62,000 bases of DNA from Octopus vulgaris (GCA_951406725.2 OX597826.1:60036001-60098000); one strand, 5' to 3'. Counted from the first letter of the stretch, positions 25,540 to 38,454 are shown. A program made the numbers and translations. The notes: a model not told the origin generated them from the letters alone.

Positions 25540-25914
25540 CATCATCACCATTGGCCTCATATTTCTTATGTGAGAATCACGATAGTATTCTAGTTGAAGT
25601 GTGCTGTTAAAGACCACTAAGAAATATAATAATAATGATATTAATAATGATAATCATCCTCATCATCACGATCGTCGTTATCACTATGCCAATCATCATC
25701 ATTGCCATCATCACGGCGTTTGTCATTATCGTCTTAACGCTATGTTTAGTATAAAAGCTTTAAGCCAATATGTAAATAACTAGAACCTGATTGACGTGAG
25801 GAATCATGTTGAATGTTAATTTATTTTAATGTTCATTCAGGTGTAGCGAAGGAGATTTCGATAACAATAGTAAAGTGCACAACGGGAGAAAGTGATGAAA
25901 TGATGATGGTGATG

Positions 25915-25966
<52 letters not shown>

Positions 25967-26221
25967 GGGGTGGTGGTGGTGGTGATGATGATGATGAGGA
26001 GGAGGAGGATGATGTTGATGATGATGAAGACGATTATGACGACGACGATGATGATACTGACGATGATGACAAATATCATAATACTAATGATAATAGTAAC
26101 AATGAAGACGATGTTAATGATAGAAACAGCAACGACAAGAGCAACAACGAAAACAACAACAGCAACAAAAACAGCAGGAATAACAAAAAAAGCAACAGCC
26201 ACGACGATGATGATGATGATG

Positions 26222-26269
<48 letters not shown>

Positions 26270-26425
26270 GTAATAATAATAATAATAATAACAATAATAA
26301 TGATAATAATAATAATAATAATATTAATATTAATAATCATGATAATAATAATAATTATAATAATAATAATAATAATATTAATAATAATAATAATAATAAT
26401 TATAATAATAATAATAATAATAAAG
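25540..26425. repeat. Compound trinucleotide block (CAT/GAT/GAC/AAC/AAT)
   Basis: Directly visible; long (AAT)n at about 26220-26420. Confidence 0.95.
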
Positions 26426-26571
26426 GGTTTGTGAATAACTAAAAGGAGTTAAAGAGATACAATAATATACAGTATAAGCGAAAATATGACAGTAGTTATG
26501 AAACGTATGTAATGAGTTAAGATGTTATCCAGAAACATATTATGCAACATGTGACGGGTCATACTAAATAA

Positions 26572-26640
<69 letters not shown>

Positions 26641-27039
26641 ACAAAATTGTTAAAACATGTAGAGTTTCAGTAAAATGTGATCTACTTACGCCGAAAGGAA
26701 ACAAATATCAAAGAGAGAAAGTGTTAGAGCTTTCCCCGCGTGTAGGAGCGGCTAGATTTTGCCTAGGTTTGGTTACAACATCCTCGCAGTTGCCACTTCT
26801 CATACAGTGTCCTTGTGCGCATAAGTATATCCTTTAGCACATTCTGGATGGGTTTCTTTAGAGATATACCCACCTCCCAAGGCAAAATAAGTTACTTATA
26901 TATACATACGCACATAAACACACACACACATACACACACACAAACACACATATACACACGCACACACATGCACACAGACTTGTGCGCACACTATGTATAT
27001 TTATATACACACACACACACACATACTGTGACCGTGTGT

Positions 27040-27232
27040 GTACCGTTGGCGATTTTTTTTCTCCGTCTTCCCTTTTCTAGATCTTTCCTTTTCCTATGTT
27101 TCTGACGAAGAGCTCCGCTCGAAACGTTAAACCCTTCCCTTCCTTCCTGAGCGTCCAATGATACTATATTTATTCCACGTCCTCACGTTGTTGTGTTTTC
27201 TCTTTGTGTTTTCATGTTTGGATTAACTTTAT
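27040..27232 (+). mobile_element. Penelope-like pLTR fragment
   Basis: Hammerhead motif in the same context as 17310-17552 (ttcctgagcgtccaat downstream). Confidence 0.65.
27098..27132 (+). ncRNA. Minimal type-I hammerhead ribozyme with intact catalytic core (PLE type)
   Basis: gttt-CTGACGA-A-GAGC tcc GCTC-GAAA-CG-TT-aaac: stem I GUUU/AAAC, 4-bp stem II, palindromic ACGU stem III, GUU site. Confidence 0.62.
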
Positions 27233-27406
27233 ATATATATATACATACACACAGGCACATGCAAATGGCTTCCACATAATTTCAGCTTTCTACGACACGT
27301 GAAATACGTAAACATCCAAGGATGACTGGACGTAGTTCATGAAATACTAGACACGGTAGCCAGTCACTCTCAAGTCACAATTTGCCGTCTTAAAATGTGA
27401 TTATTG

Positions 27407-27567
27407 AAAAGGAAACTAAACAATATTCGTCATACTGGTAACTTTCTATAGAATTGAGATTGAACAAACCTATGAACAAATTCGTTTCATCCGTTATGAT
27501 ACCATTTTCTATCGTAATACTATGATGAAGACAGTATATCTGTCTTATACAATATTTTCTTCTTAAA
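27407..27567 (+). repeat. 161-bp direct repeat, copy 2
   Basis: 6 mismatches versus 24466-24626. Confidence 0.95.
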
Positions 27568-28793
27568 TAAATTATTGTGTGATATGTAGAATATCCATCT
27601 ATTATAATTGCTGGGTGAGTAATAGCGTTAGGTTCTGTAGTTTAGCCTGCAAAATTACTATGTCATCTAACGCGCCATATTTATCAATTTTCGTTAAATT
27701 TAATATCGTTAATACTTAAACATTGAATCAACTGTATGCACTTGTAAATTTTGACCAATGATAAAGAAGGACATGGATTATTGTTAATTGAATGTCATTG
27801 CTCCCAATTCTACAAATATCGCTCTAAAACCATAATATCGTTAACGATATACTAACGTACAATTCGCCATGCTACTATTATCTAACGTAATATTTCATTG
27901 AAACAGTATGTTTTCAATTTGAAAAGCAGGTAATCTAGAAACCTATATCCTCTTTATGTCCATCTAAATTTTCTTCTTTGTCGAACTATCATTTTGCTTC
28001 CACTGTAAAACCCAAGCGGAATGAAGTTATCTAAATTCTTTTGTTTTAATTAGGACTGCAGTTAACATTAAACACAGCATTTAAATAGTTTTAGATAACG
28101 CTTCAATAAAAAAAATGGCGATTTCTCGCTTCGTTGCGTACTTTGCTAATTAATGTCACATCCGCTATTTTATTTTTAATTTAAAATTTATTCCCTGGAG
28201 ACAAAATGTTATGATACAAAACAAGTAAAAAATACTAATTTATTCGACCACATTGAACTACCTTCATCAATTAATTATTGCTTCTCATTTCTCTTCGGCT
28301 GGATTGCATTTGAATAAATGTTCCTGTGTTGCTTTAAATATTATGTTTCTTTTTTTCAAATATAGAATATTTGGTTATTGTTTGTGTTTCGTATTTGCTA
28401 TTTCTTCTTTTCTCTAATACTGAGTAACTGGTTTTAAGACATTGCAGAATTTATTAAGGCTATCATTTCAAAATCTGCAGCAAATGTTTAAATTCACAAA
28501 TACGGAAAATGATCAACAAACTTAAAATATTATAATCATTTTTTTTTAAACTTTAAAGCGTGTTCTGTATTTCTTCTCTCTCTTGATTTTCTTCAAATTC
28601 ATTTTAGTAAAACAGACCTCTCGGCAAGAAAATGTTTTGAACTAATAGTTTGGTAAAACTATCGAGGTTATTGATTAATTTATCGGTGAAAACAGAGAAC
28701 TAGTGCCACGCATTTGTTTCCCTGACTTGTTACAATGACAATACAACAAAACATTAATAGGTTTCGGTTTAAAATAAATATTAACATTCCTAT

Positions 28794-29016
28794 ATTCTTT
28801 TACTTGTTTCAGTCATATGATTGCGGACAAACTGGAGCATCACCTTTAGTCGAGCAAAACGACTCAAGACTTATTTTTTGTAAGCCTAGTACTTATTCTA
28901 TCGTACTCTTTTGCCGAAACGCTAAGTTACGGGGACGTAAACACACCAGCATCTGTTATCAAGCGATGTTTGGGGTGAGGGGACAAACACAGACACACAA
29001 ACGTATACAGATATAT
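28794..29016 (-). mobile_element. SINE family 2 tail ending at a TA where the Tc1 begins
   Basis: ttacttgtttcagtcatatgattgcgg...gccgaaacgctaagttacggggacgtaaacacaccagcatc...ggacaaacacagacacac. Confidence 0.9.
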
Positions 29017-29648
29017 AAAGGGGTTGAACAAAATAATGGAAACACCTAGCATCATAACCGTTAAAAGCTTTTTATTTTAATGTTTTTGATTTATTATTTG
29101 TGTTGCTTAATATGTTTTGATAATATTGCTGTTTCTTTTCAGATAACATTAGAAAAAGGTAATTAAAATTCATTAAAATGACAGATCTATCATACTTTCA
29201 AAGAAGTCAAATCGTTGGTGCTCGTATGGCAGGCACTAGCGTAAAGAAAACAGCTGAAAATGTTTGGTGTATCAAGAAGTACTGTCTCAAAAGTAATGAC
29301 AGTCTTTGAGGAAGAGGTAAAAAAAAACCTCCTCGTCAAGGCAAAACTCCGGAAGTAAACCAAAATTTCAGATAGGGACCGTCGGACTCTTACACGAATT
29401 GTTAGAAAGAATCACAAAAGTATAGCTCCCAAAATTAATGCAGAGCTTAATGACCACCTCGAGAACCTTGTTTCCCCAAAAAATGTTCACCGGGAGCTGC
29501 ACAAAATCGGATTTCATGGGAGTTCTGCAATCAGAAAACCACTACTTTAAAAAACAAACGTTGCAAAGCGTTCAGAGTGGAGTAACATCTTATATAATTG
29601 GTCCCTAGAGTAGTGGAAGGATGTTATTTTCTCGTTACGAGTCATTTA
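29017..29648 (+). mobile_element. Tc1-family transposon, 5' half (TIR, HTH, first catalytic Asp), decayed
   Basis: TIR-like aggggttgaacaaaataatggaaacacct; MTDLSYFQRSQIVGARMAG..FGVSRSTVSKV..DRDRRTLTRIVRKNHK..ELNDHL..IRKPLL..WSLE*WKDVIFS/DES. Confidence 0.92.
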
Positions 29649-29654
29649 TGTGTG

Positions 29655-29858
29655 TCTTTGTACCTGTGTTTCTCCTCCTACCACCGCTTGATAACAGATG
29701 TTGTTGTGTTTACATCAGTCTTGATCACAGACACCGATAGAATAAGTACTATTCTTACAGGGAATAAGTCCTGGGGCCGATTTCTTCGACTGAAAACCGC
29801 TTTAAGGTGATGCTCCAGGATCATAGTAGTCAAATGATTGAAATAAAAGAATAAAAAA
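29655..29858 (+). mobile_element. SINE family 2 tail
   Basis: ccaccgcttgataacagatgttg...ccgatagaataagtact...gaataagtcctggggccgattt...gatgctccag. Confidence 0.8.
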
Positions 29859-29877
29859 TCTATGTATATATATATAT

Positions 29878-29912
<35 letters not shown>

Positions 29913-30320
29913 CATACATATATGTGTTTGAAAATAATTCACTATTTATAAGGTACTTATAAATTATTTATTAATTGGAAATTTTATATCAAAATATTTG
30001 TGTTTGTTTTTTCAAGAATTAATAAATAATTTATAAGTCTTTTAAAATAGGGAGTTACTTTACAATCACCTACTATATGAAAACACACATACATATACAC
30101 ACGTATGTCTATATACATTCAAACACAGGGCTTCCAACCACACACAAGTGCGTATCTATGGCTGTGTTATGTATGTTTATATCCTCTTTCCGAGTGATGC
30201 ATATGACAGTACAAATCCCGAGCTAGAATAGTCCCTTACAAGAGTCGCAAACACTTCCTTGTTTCTCTCCTCTAGAAATGCAGTCTAAGAGTAATTAGTC
30301 TATTTGAAATTTGTAACCAT

Positions 30321-30743
30321 AGGCATAGGAGTGGCTGAGTGGTAAGTAGCTTGTGTACGAAACAGATAGTTCCGGGTTCAGTTCCACTATGTGACACCTT
30401 GGGCAAGTGTCTTCTACTATAGCCTCGGGCCAACCAAAGCCTTGTGAGTGCATTTGGTAGACAGAAACTGAAAGAAGCCCGACGTATATATGTATATATA
30501 TATTTATATATATATGTATATGTGTGTGTGTGTGTGTGTTTGTGTGTGTGTGTCTGTGTTTGTGTGTCTGTGTTTGTCCCCCAACATAGATTGACAACCG
30601 ATGCTGGTGTGTTTACGTAACTTAGCGGTTTAGCAAAAGAGACCGATAGAATAAGTACTAGGGATCGATTTGTTCGACTAAAGGCGATGCTCCAGCATGG
30701 CCGCAGTCAAATGACGGAAACATGTAAAAGAGTAAAAGAGTAA
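30321..30743 (+). mobile_element. Full-length SINE family 2
   Basis: ggagtggctgagtggtaag (A-box), gttccgggttcagttcc (B-box), caccttgggcaagtgtc (CORE-like), (TA)(TG) microsatellite, tail ending gtaaaagag repeats. Confidence 0.93.
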
Positions 30744-30944
30744 CCATCGATATCATCATTTATCTTATTGCTAGTACGAAGTTTTATTCATTTTTAAGTT
30801 TCGTAATCACTTTTCTAAACATTCATTTTACTTAACCGAAAGCAATAACAATGAAAAGGGGATCGGTATAAATGTGAAACGATTTATCAGTAAGAAATAT
30901 CAGAGAGAGGCGCAGACGATCAAAATTAATATTACGTTGTTGAT

Positions 30945-31150
30945 AATGCTGGGAGCTTGCAGAATCGTTAACATGCCGGGCAAAATACTTAATAGTCCTT
31001 CACGTTTTGGGTTCAAATTCTACCGTGATCGACTTTTCCTTTCATCCTTTCGGTGTCGATTAAGATATGTACCAGATGAAGACTGAAGTCAACCTAAACG
31101 ACTATACCCCTCTCTAACAATTGCTGGCCGTATGCCAAAATTTTCAAATT
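30945..31150 (+). mobile_element. SINE family 1 copy (plus strand)
   Basis: gagcttgcagaatcgttaacatgccgggc...gggttcaaattc...cctttcatcctttcggtgtcgattaagatatgtaccag. Confidence 0.8.
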
Positions 31151-32392
31151 AATAATTTATTGTAGATCTGATGGTCAGTTCAGTGCAGCTTGACTAAATC
31201 TATCAAGAAACGTATTCCACCCGTAAGCAACGAGATTGTTTCTGTACAAGATAATATTGTCAAGTTTATATGCGACTCTATGATGTCCGGCGACTGATTT
31301 GTAGATTTGGTTAACAAATCCCACGTGCCAATAAGTATTGCTGTGTCATTTATTTATTTATTAGTGGGGGAAATTATTAAAATAGGTTACCTCTATATAT
31401 TAATTCCTTAACGTGTTTCACCCATGCTTCGTTTTGCTTAACTATATTCTAGTCTGTGTATCAACAAAGAAACCCGACAAAATGTATTTTTTTCTGACAG
31501 ATTATCTAAGCCTTTCTGATGCAATACCTTTTCCATTATTTTGCAGGTCGGGTGTAGGTCCGGGTGATATTAAATTAGAATTGTGGGATTTCTAAAAGGA
31601 GAAACAAAGATTTGAACGCTCCATTATTGCTTAGAAACGGCAAGAAATGTTGAATTTGAAACAGCTAACTACTCACTTAAACAATACTATTTGCTGTTAC
31701 AAATCGTTTTTCCACGTGACATCAATTTTGTTTTATTGAGAGAAAAAAAAGAGATACGGTTAAACAAGAGTAAGAGAAATAGATACAGATGTAAAATTGT
31801 AAATTTTAGCAATATGAAACAAATGAAGCCATTTTATTAACTTTGATGGGAAATTAGCAAATATATTCTCATATTTTATCTACATTTTCTCAAATCTATG
31901 CAATCAATTCAAGTAAGTGGAAGAGAAAAAAAAAGCAAATGATTTGCTATCTCAACAAACACATTTTAACGTTGGTTTTAGCCTTCGGCAAATCGTCACT
32001 TTCCTCTAAGATCTCTTCAAGCGAGAAAAATATTGACGAATTTTTCAAAATTTCGTTCGTTTCTAAATCCACCACGAAACTGAAATACTAGAAGAGGAGA
32101 GATTACAGGGCATCACAAATTATTTCTCAGGTTTGATTCTTGTTGGTTAAAGGATATTAGACTATTAAGAAATAAATTGCATACATACAAATTTAAGTCT
32201 ATATATGTGAACGGATATATAACGACACTTCAGCTTGCTTTTCTTTCTCCATTCTATAAATATAAAGTTGATTCGAAATTGAAAATTTTCAGAAATTGAA
32301 ACTGGAAAGAAAGTTAAAACAGTTAGAAGCAAACATCTTACGTTAAATTATAAAATTGACATTCCGTCTGAATAGTTTCGGTTATATATAAG

Positions 32393-32455
<63 letters not shown>

Positions 32456-32492
32456 GCGTGTGTGTGTGTATGCGCATATACATATGTATATA

Positions 32493-32534
<42 letters not shown>

Positions 32535-32603
32535 TTATATACATAGATATACTTAAAATATATATTCATATATACACACATATATACAAACACACACACA
32601 CAA

Positions 32604-32636
<33 letters not shown>

Positions 32637-32939
32637 TATACATACACACAGACACACATATATATGTACGTATGTATGTATGTATATATATATGTGTGTG
32701 TGTGTGTGTATGTGTATGTATATGTGTGTGTGTATATAGATATGTGTGTATGTGTCTGTGTATGTGTGTGTGTGTGCTTTGTTTTTCGGGGGTATTCTTG
32801 AAATAGAAATAGTAATGATTGCCAACGTATTGAGAAGTTTACATAGATACATAAGTAAGTGCACTATTCGAAAGCGAATATACAGATAAGTATATGGACT
32901 CAGACACTTACACATACATACAAACGTCAAATAAACATG

Positions 32940-32971
32940 ATAATAATAATAGTAATTATAATCATACTACA

Positions 32972-33028
<57 letters not shown>

Positions 33029-33029
33029 G

Positions 33030-33126
<97 letters not shown>

Positions 33127-33138
33127 TAATAATAATAG
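32940..33138. repeat. (ACT)n to (AAT)n compound trinucleotide repeat
   Basis: Directly visible. Confidence 0.95.
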
Positions 33139-33257
33139 TAAAACAAAATTGGAGAATTCATCGGTGTATATAAATACCGAAATAAGTTTATATTTTTTTG
33201 TATCCGAATGCTAATGTATCTCTAGTGGTATGTATGGAAATCGAAACTTTTATGTGC

Positions 33258-33308
<51 letters not shown>

Positions 33309-34819
33309 TACATACATGTATACATACATGTACTTATTTACATGCAATTCTATTCTGTATGTGTATGTTCATATTTGCATACAAATACACACACACATAC
33401 ACACACACACACACTCACACACACAGAAACACATAGACATGCATAAATACGCGGACATGTACATCTGTCCGTATGTATACAGATATAACGCCACGCACAC
33501 TCACACACACACACACACACAAACGCACACAACTAAGAAATTCACACAGGATATGTAATGCAAAGACAAAAAATTAGCCAAGCAAATTAAATTAAAATCC
33601 CCATCACATAAGGAGATAGCGTCCCGTATCAAATAACGTAGCTACTTCCATTTTGTTTCTTAGCGTTGATTTTTATTTATTTCTATTTTGGAGAAAACAA
33701 ATATTCGTAGAGTGTTTATTTAAGTTTCACTTAACAAAAATGGCAGTCTTCGGCACGCACAATAATTCCTATAAAACTATCACGCCTAGTTAGTTTTACC
33801 ATTAAAGAAAATCACATAATTCGTGTTTATCTACTGCCGTTGATAGAAATAAACACACACCGATACTATTTATTTGTATATTATCGTTTTTATTTTATTT
33901 ATTGGTTTGTACTCTCAGATTTTACCTTGTTTCTTGTCTTATTCCATTTGTACATTCTTCTCTAAATTACCATTTGTGTTCATTTCATATATACTTCATT
34001 TAGAAAGATATTTCCATCAAAATTCTCATTTTATATTTTCAACAGGATTTGTTTAAACACAAACAGTAAAATACATTTTTGATTGTGTCATTAGGAAATG
34101 TGCACGCAGGCTTACACACACACACAAACGCACACACAAACACACAAACACACATACACACACACATGTATATATACAAACAAGCATGTATGTGTGTGTG
34201 TGTATGTTCGTAAATTTATCAGTACGTCAATATCTGTGAATAAACATTCTGTGTCATCAAACTTTGAATGTACCTCATATATCACTTTCTCTATTATTCC
34301 TGCTACTTCTCTCTCTGTTTCTATGTCTCTCTGTCGCTCCCGCCCTCTCTCTCATTACCTTCGTCTGTCTAGCTCTGTGTCTGTCTGCTCTCTCTCTCTC
34401 TCTCTCTCTCTGTACCTTCGTCTCTCTTTCTCTGTCTCTCTACTCTATATATATGTGTATGTGTTTGTGTGTATGCTTGTGCGTGCGTGTGTTTGTGCGA
34501 GCAGTCATGTATGTGAGCACGTGTGTGTGGATGTGTGGGGAGGGGGGTCTAGTGTTCAGGTTGTTCGAATCACGAAGGATATGGTTTGAGTTCGATTCCA
34601 GGCTAGAGCGTACGTTTTTGGTTAGTAAACATCATTTGGTTTGTGCACGTCTTTTCACGTTTTTTCAATCTCTTCATCCCAAAAAGATTATCAGTAATAT
34701 GTCCGTGAAAATTCATTTCACTCACTCTTTCTCTATATATATGTCTCTGTCTCTGTCTGTACCTTTTTCTGTCTCTGTCTCCCGATAGTTGTCACAATCT
34801 GGAGATGCCATTGTTTCAA

Positions 34820-35163
34820 AAGGTCGGTTATGGGTTCCGTCACACTTCATGACACCTTTGGCAAGTCTCTCCCACTTTGACATTGGGCCGACCAAAACCT
34901 CGTGAGTGGATTTAGTAGACGAAAACTGAAAGAAGCCCGTCGTGTATATGTGTGTGTGTGTCCATGTTTGTCTCCGAACATCGCTTGACAACCGATGTTG
35001 GTATGTTTAAATCCACGTAACTTAGCGGTTTGGCAAAAAGAATAGAATAAATACTAAGCTCTAAAATATAAGCCCTGCGGCCGATTGGTTCCGCTAAAAG
35101 CATTCAAGGCTGTGCTCAAGCATTGCCGTAGTCATATGACTGAAACAAATTATAAAGTAAAAG
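34820..35163 (+). mobile_element. SINE family 2, degenerate head
   Basis: gacacctttggcaagtc...gggccgaccaaaacctcgtgagtggatttagtagacgaaaactgaaagaagcccgtcg...catcgcttgacaaccgatg...tgactgaaac. Confidence 0.85.
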
Positions 35164-35186
35164 ATATATATATATATGCATATATA

Positions 35187-35712
35187 TAATACACATATGA
35201 GAGAGAATCCACTAAAGTGGACGCCCTTACGCTAAAGAGAGATCCACATGAGTCGCAACCACTAAAAATTGTTCTCATTTGAATATAACTATGAATATAA
35301 TAGGCCGTACTGCTCGTATTTTTGACCTCGTGTTAATATATGGCGTGCAGTTCGACAAATTATATTTTTGACGGACTCCACTGATGACCTGCAAATTAAT
35401 TGTGTAAGTAAAATTGCATAATTTATTAACAGTGAAACAATAGTAAGGGGATTAACCTATATTTTTGTTATTTATCATTTATCCAGCTCGCTTACGTTCA
35501 TAGTGTGCTAAGTTTTTCTTAAGAACAAGTTTTAGTGGTTGAGACTCATGCGGATCTCTCTTTAGCGTAAGGGCGTCCACTTTAGTGGATTCTCTCTCAT
35601 ATGTGTATTAATAATATTTACTGAATCTCAGTTTTTTATGCGCTAAACCACTGGTGTTAAATTGATGTTATTAAATTAATATCCAATTTTTTCATCCTCA
35701 TTTTGATTATAT
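35187..35712 (+). mobile_element. Penelope-like fragment with a 5' fold-back (89-bp arms, 246-bp spacer)
   Basis: 35187-35275 is the reverse complement of 35522-35610 (3 mismatches); downstream block homologous to 23860-23965 and 17960-18060. Confidence 0.7.
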
Positions 35713-35890
35713 ATATATATATATATATATATAACTTATAAATTAGGGCTAAAGAAAATTATTTCAATGCCAATATATATATGTATGTAGGTATGTATGT
35801 ATGTATGTATGTATGTATGTATGTATGTATGTATGTATGTATGTGTGTATGAGTTTATATCTGTGTGTATATATGTGTGTGTGTGTGTAT

Positions 35891-36296
35891 TCTTTCATTT
35901 TTTATTCTTTTACTTGTTTCAGTCATTTAACAGCGGCCATGTTGGAGCACCGTCTTTCGTCGAGCAGACCGGCCCCAGGACATATTATTTGCAAGCCTAG
36001 TAGTTATCCTAGCGGTTTCTTTCGCCGAACCGCTAAGCCACGGGAACGCAAAAACACGCATACAAGCAAGCGATGTTGGGGCGAGGGGAGAACACACATA
36101 AACATACTTACACACACACACACACATATACGACAGACGTTTTTCAGTTTCCGTCTACCAAAACTGCTCACAATGCTTTGGTCGGCTCGAGGCTGTAGTA
36201 CAAAAGCCTATCCAAAGGTACCACGCAGGGGCACTGAATCCGGAACCATATGGTTGGTAGGCAAGCTACTTACCACCCTGCTAATACTGTGCCTAT
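35891..36296 (-). mobile_element. Full-length SINE family 2
   Basis: Tail, (CA)n, ttcagtttccgtctacc...atccggaaccatatggttggtaggcaagctacttaccac. Confidence 0.9.
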
Positions 36297-36297
36297 G

Positions 36298-36347
<50 letters not shown>

Positions 36348-36365
36348 TAGATAAATAGATAGATG

Positions 36366-36411
<46 letters not shown>

Positions 36412-36989
36412 CGCACATACATGAATGCATCCTGTTGGGGTCACGCGTGTGCGTGTGTGTAAATTTCGACTAAATTTCAGTTGTTTTCCTTTAATGTTAT
36501 ATAACACTTTTCAACGAAACACGAGAATGCAAAACCGTTTGCTAAAAAAATTGTGCAAATCAGTCAAGTAAGGAGAAACACGCGAGAAGAAAACTCGATT
36601 TCAATTTTCTATAACATTATGTAATTTGTCAAACGTATCAGAAATGCAGGTTGAATTCAGAATTTATGAAATATAATACTTTACAAATATAATACTTTAC
36701 AATTTCGTGATGCAATAATGACATAAGAATTGACAAATTTTTTATGAAAAAAATTTCGTTGTGTGTTGTGTAAGAGGAAATCATATGCTAGTACTGTAAC
36801 GCATATCTCTGCTGAATAATCCGATCCAGTACAAAGAAGAGACTAGCGGAGATTTGTATAGCGGTGTAAAGGTATCTTGGTCTATATATTTGTAAAGCGG
36901 AGTAAAGGTATCTGGGTTTTCAATTCATAATTTCAATGTGAAGTAAATCAGCTAAAAGACAGCAATTTTTAGGCCAAATTGGTTACATA

Positions 36990-37375
36990 GAACACAATCC
37001 TGACTGGCACTTTATATTATCGACGACGGCAGAATGGAAATAAAGTCGAGCTAGACATTTGGATTCAAAGCATAAAGTCGGAAAGAATGACACTAGGAGT
37101 TTAATCAGGTTTGCTAATAAAGACTCTGCCGGTTCGCCGCCTTAAAATACATTTTTAAACACTTTCAAATTTTGGTACAAGACTAGCAGGATCGGGGGAG
37201 GGAGAAAGTCGATTACATTTACTTCAATATTCCACTGGTACTTATTTTACCGACTTCAAAACGATGAAAGGCAAAGTCGACCCCGGTGGCATTTGAAATC
37301 ACAATGTGAAGATGGTCAAAATACCGCTAAGTATTCTGCTCCGCGTGCTAACGAGTCTGCTACTCGCCGCCTTAC
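36990..37375 (-). mobile_element. Two tandem SINE family 1 copies (36990-37143 degenerate; 37165-37375)
   Basis: Both end in ctgc..tcgccgcctta on +; second has gatgaaaggcaaagtcgacccc. Confidence 0.75.
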
Positions 37376-38042
37376 GAATCAGTTATGTCATCATAATAAT
37401 TTCAACCGAGTGAATTTACTGCTTCTTTCACTTCCGTACATATATGCATTTTAATAAAAATTCATGATATTTAAAAAAAAAATAAAGAACGCAGTTTTTA
37501 AGCGTTAAAATTCCACATTTTGTTTGCATTCCAAACACCATCACAATGCATGTATATGTACGTATGCACATTTGTGTGTGTTTGTATGTGCGGTGGAGGG
37601 AGGCGTGCGTGTTTGTGTGTGCGTGTGTGTGTGTTTGTGTGTGTGTATGTGTGTGTAAGTATCTGTGGGTATGTGTGTGTGTGTGTATAAGTGCAGAGAA
37701 GCGAAGCCATAAGATTACGGTTGCTGATTTAGAATTCGCAAATATTACAGAATTGAAGCGAAGTTTCATTCTCTGTGAGGAACAATAGTAGATTTGCTTC
37801 TTTACACGTACTCGGTTCCATCAAAATACACTAGGGGTGTACATGGGATACACTTAAAGCGGGATTCAAGATGATTCAACGGTTAACACAAAATACATAC
37901 ACAAGTACGCACGCGCACTAGCATGCACACAGACACACACCTATATCATCACACACACACACACACATACACACACATATATATACGTGACATAGTATTT
38001 GAGACTTTGAGTATATATGAACATGCATTTATCCGTCTATCC

Positions 38043-38129
<87 letters not shown>

Positions 38130-38131
<2 letters not shown>

Positions 38132-38362
38132 CTTTTTTCATTTCTCTTTTCTTTTGTTCCTTTTCCTTTTCTTTTTTTTTCTTTTTATTCCTTTTATTTT
38201 TTTTGTTCTTTTCTTCCCTTTTACGATCCCTCTTGATCGAAAACCTACGCCACCCCTTTTTTTTCTTTTGTTTTTTTGTTTTTTTCATCCCCCAAAAGAA
38301 AAGCTCTACCTTGTAACTTGTCCCATCTGTGTGCAGCCCTGTGTGGCCAATAAAGAAACTTA
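38130..38362 (+). mobile_element. Probable non-LTR retrotransposon 3' UTR fragment inserted in (TCTA)n
   Basis: T-rich run, then aagctctaccttgtaacttgtcccatctgtgtgcagccctgtgtggccaataaagaaac; last 50 nt match the variant tail of SINE family 1. Confidence 0.5.
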
Positions 38363-38393
38363 TCTATCAGTCTGTCTGTCTGTATGTCTGTCC

Positions 38394-38427
<34 letters not shown>

Positions 38428-38454
38428 ATGTCTGTCTGTTTGTCTATGTAAGCC

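Noticed and set aside
25813-26442. 209-aa Met/Asp/Asn-rich ORF
   Set aside because: Pure (GAT)n/(AAT)n repeat translation
30321-30400. SINE heads as genuine tRNA genes (also 42158, 42537, 8149, 1482)
   Set aside because: A and B boxes are present but there is no complete cloverleaf or acceptor stem, and each continues into repeated SINE body
31546-31595. Strong plus-strand acceptor followed by SGVGPGDIKLELWDF*
   Set aside because: Too short, no recognisable homology or partner exon; such acceptors occur by chance in AT-rich DNA (same for 23315, 32110, 39300, 52389 and 59620)
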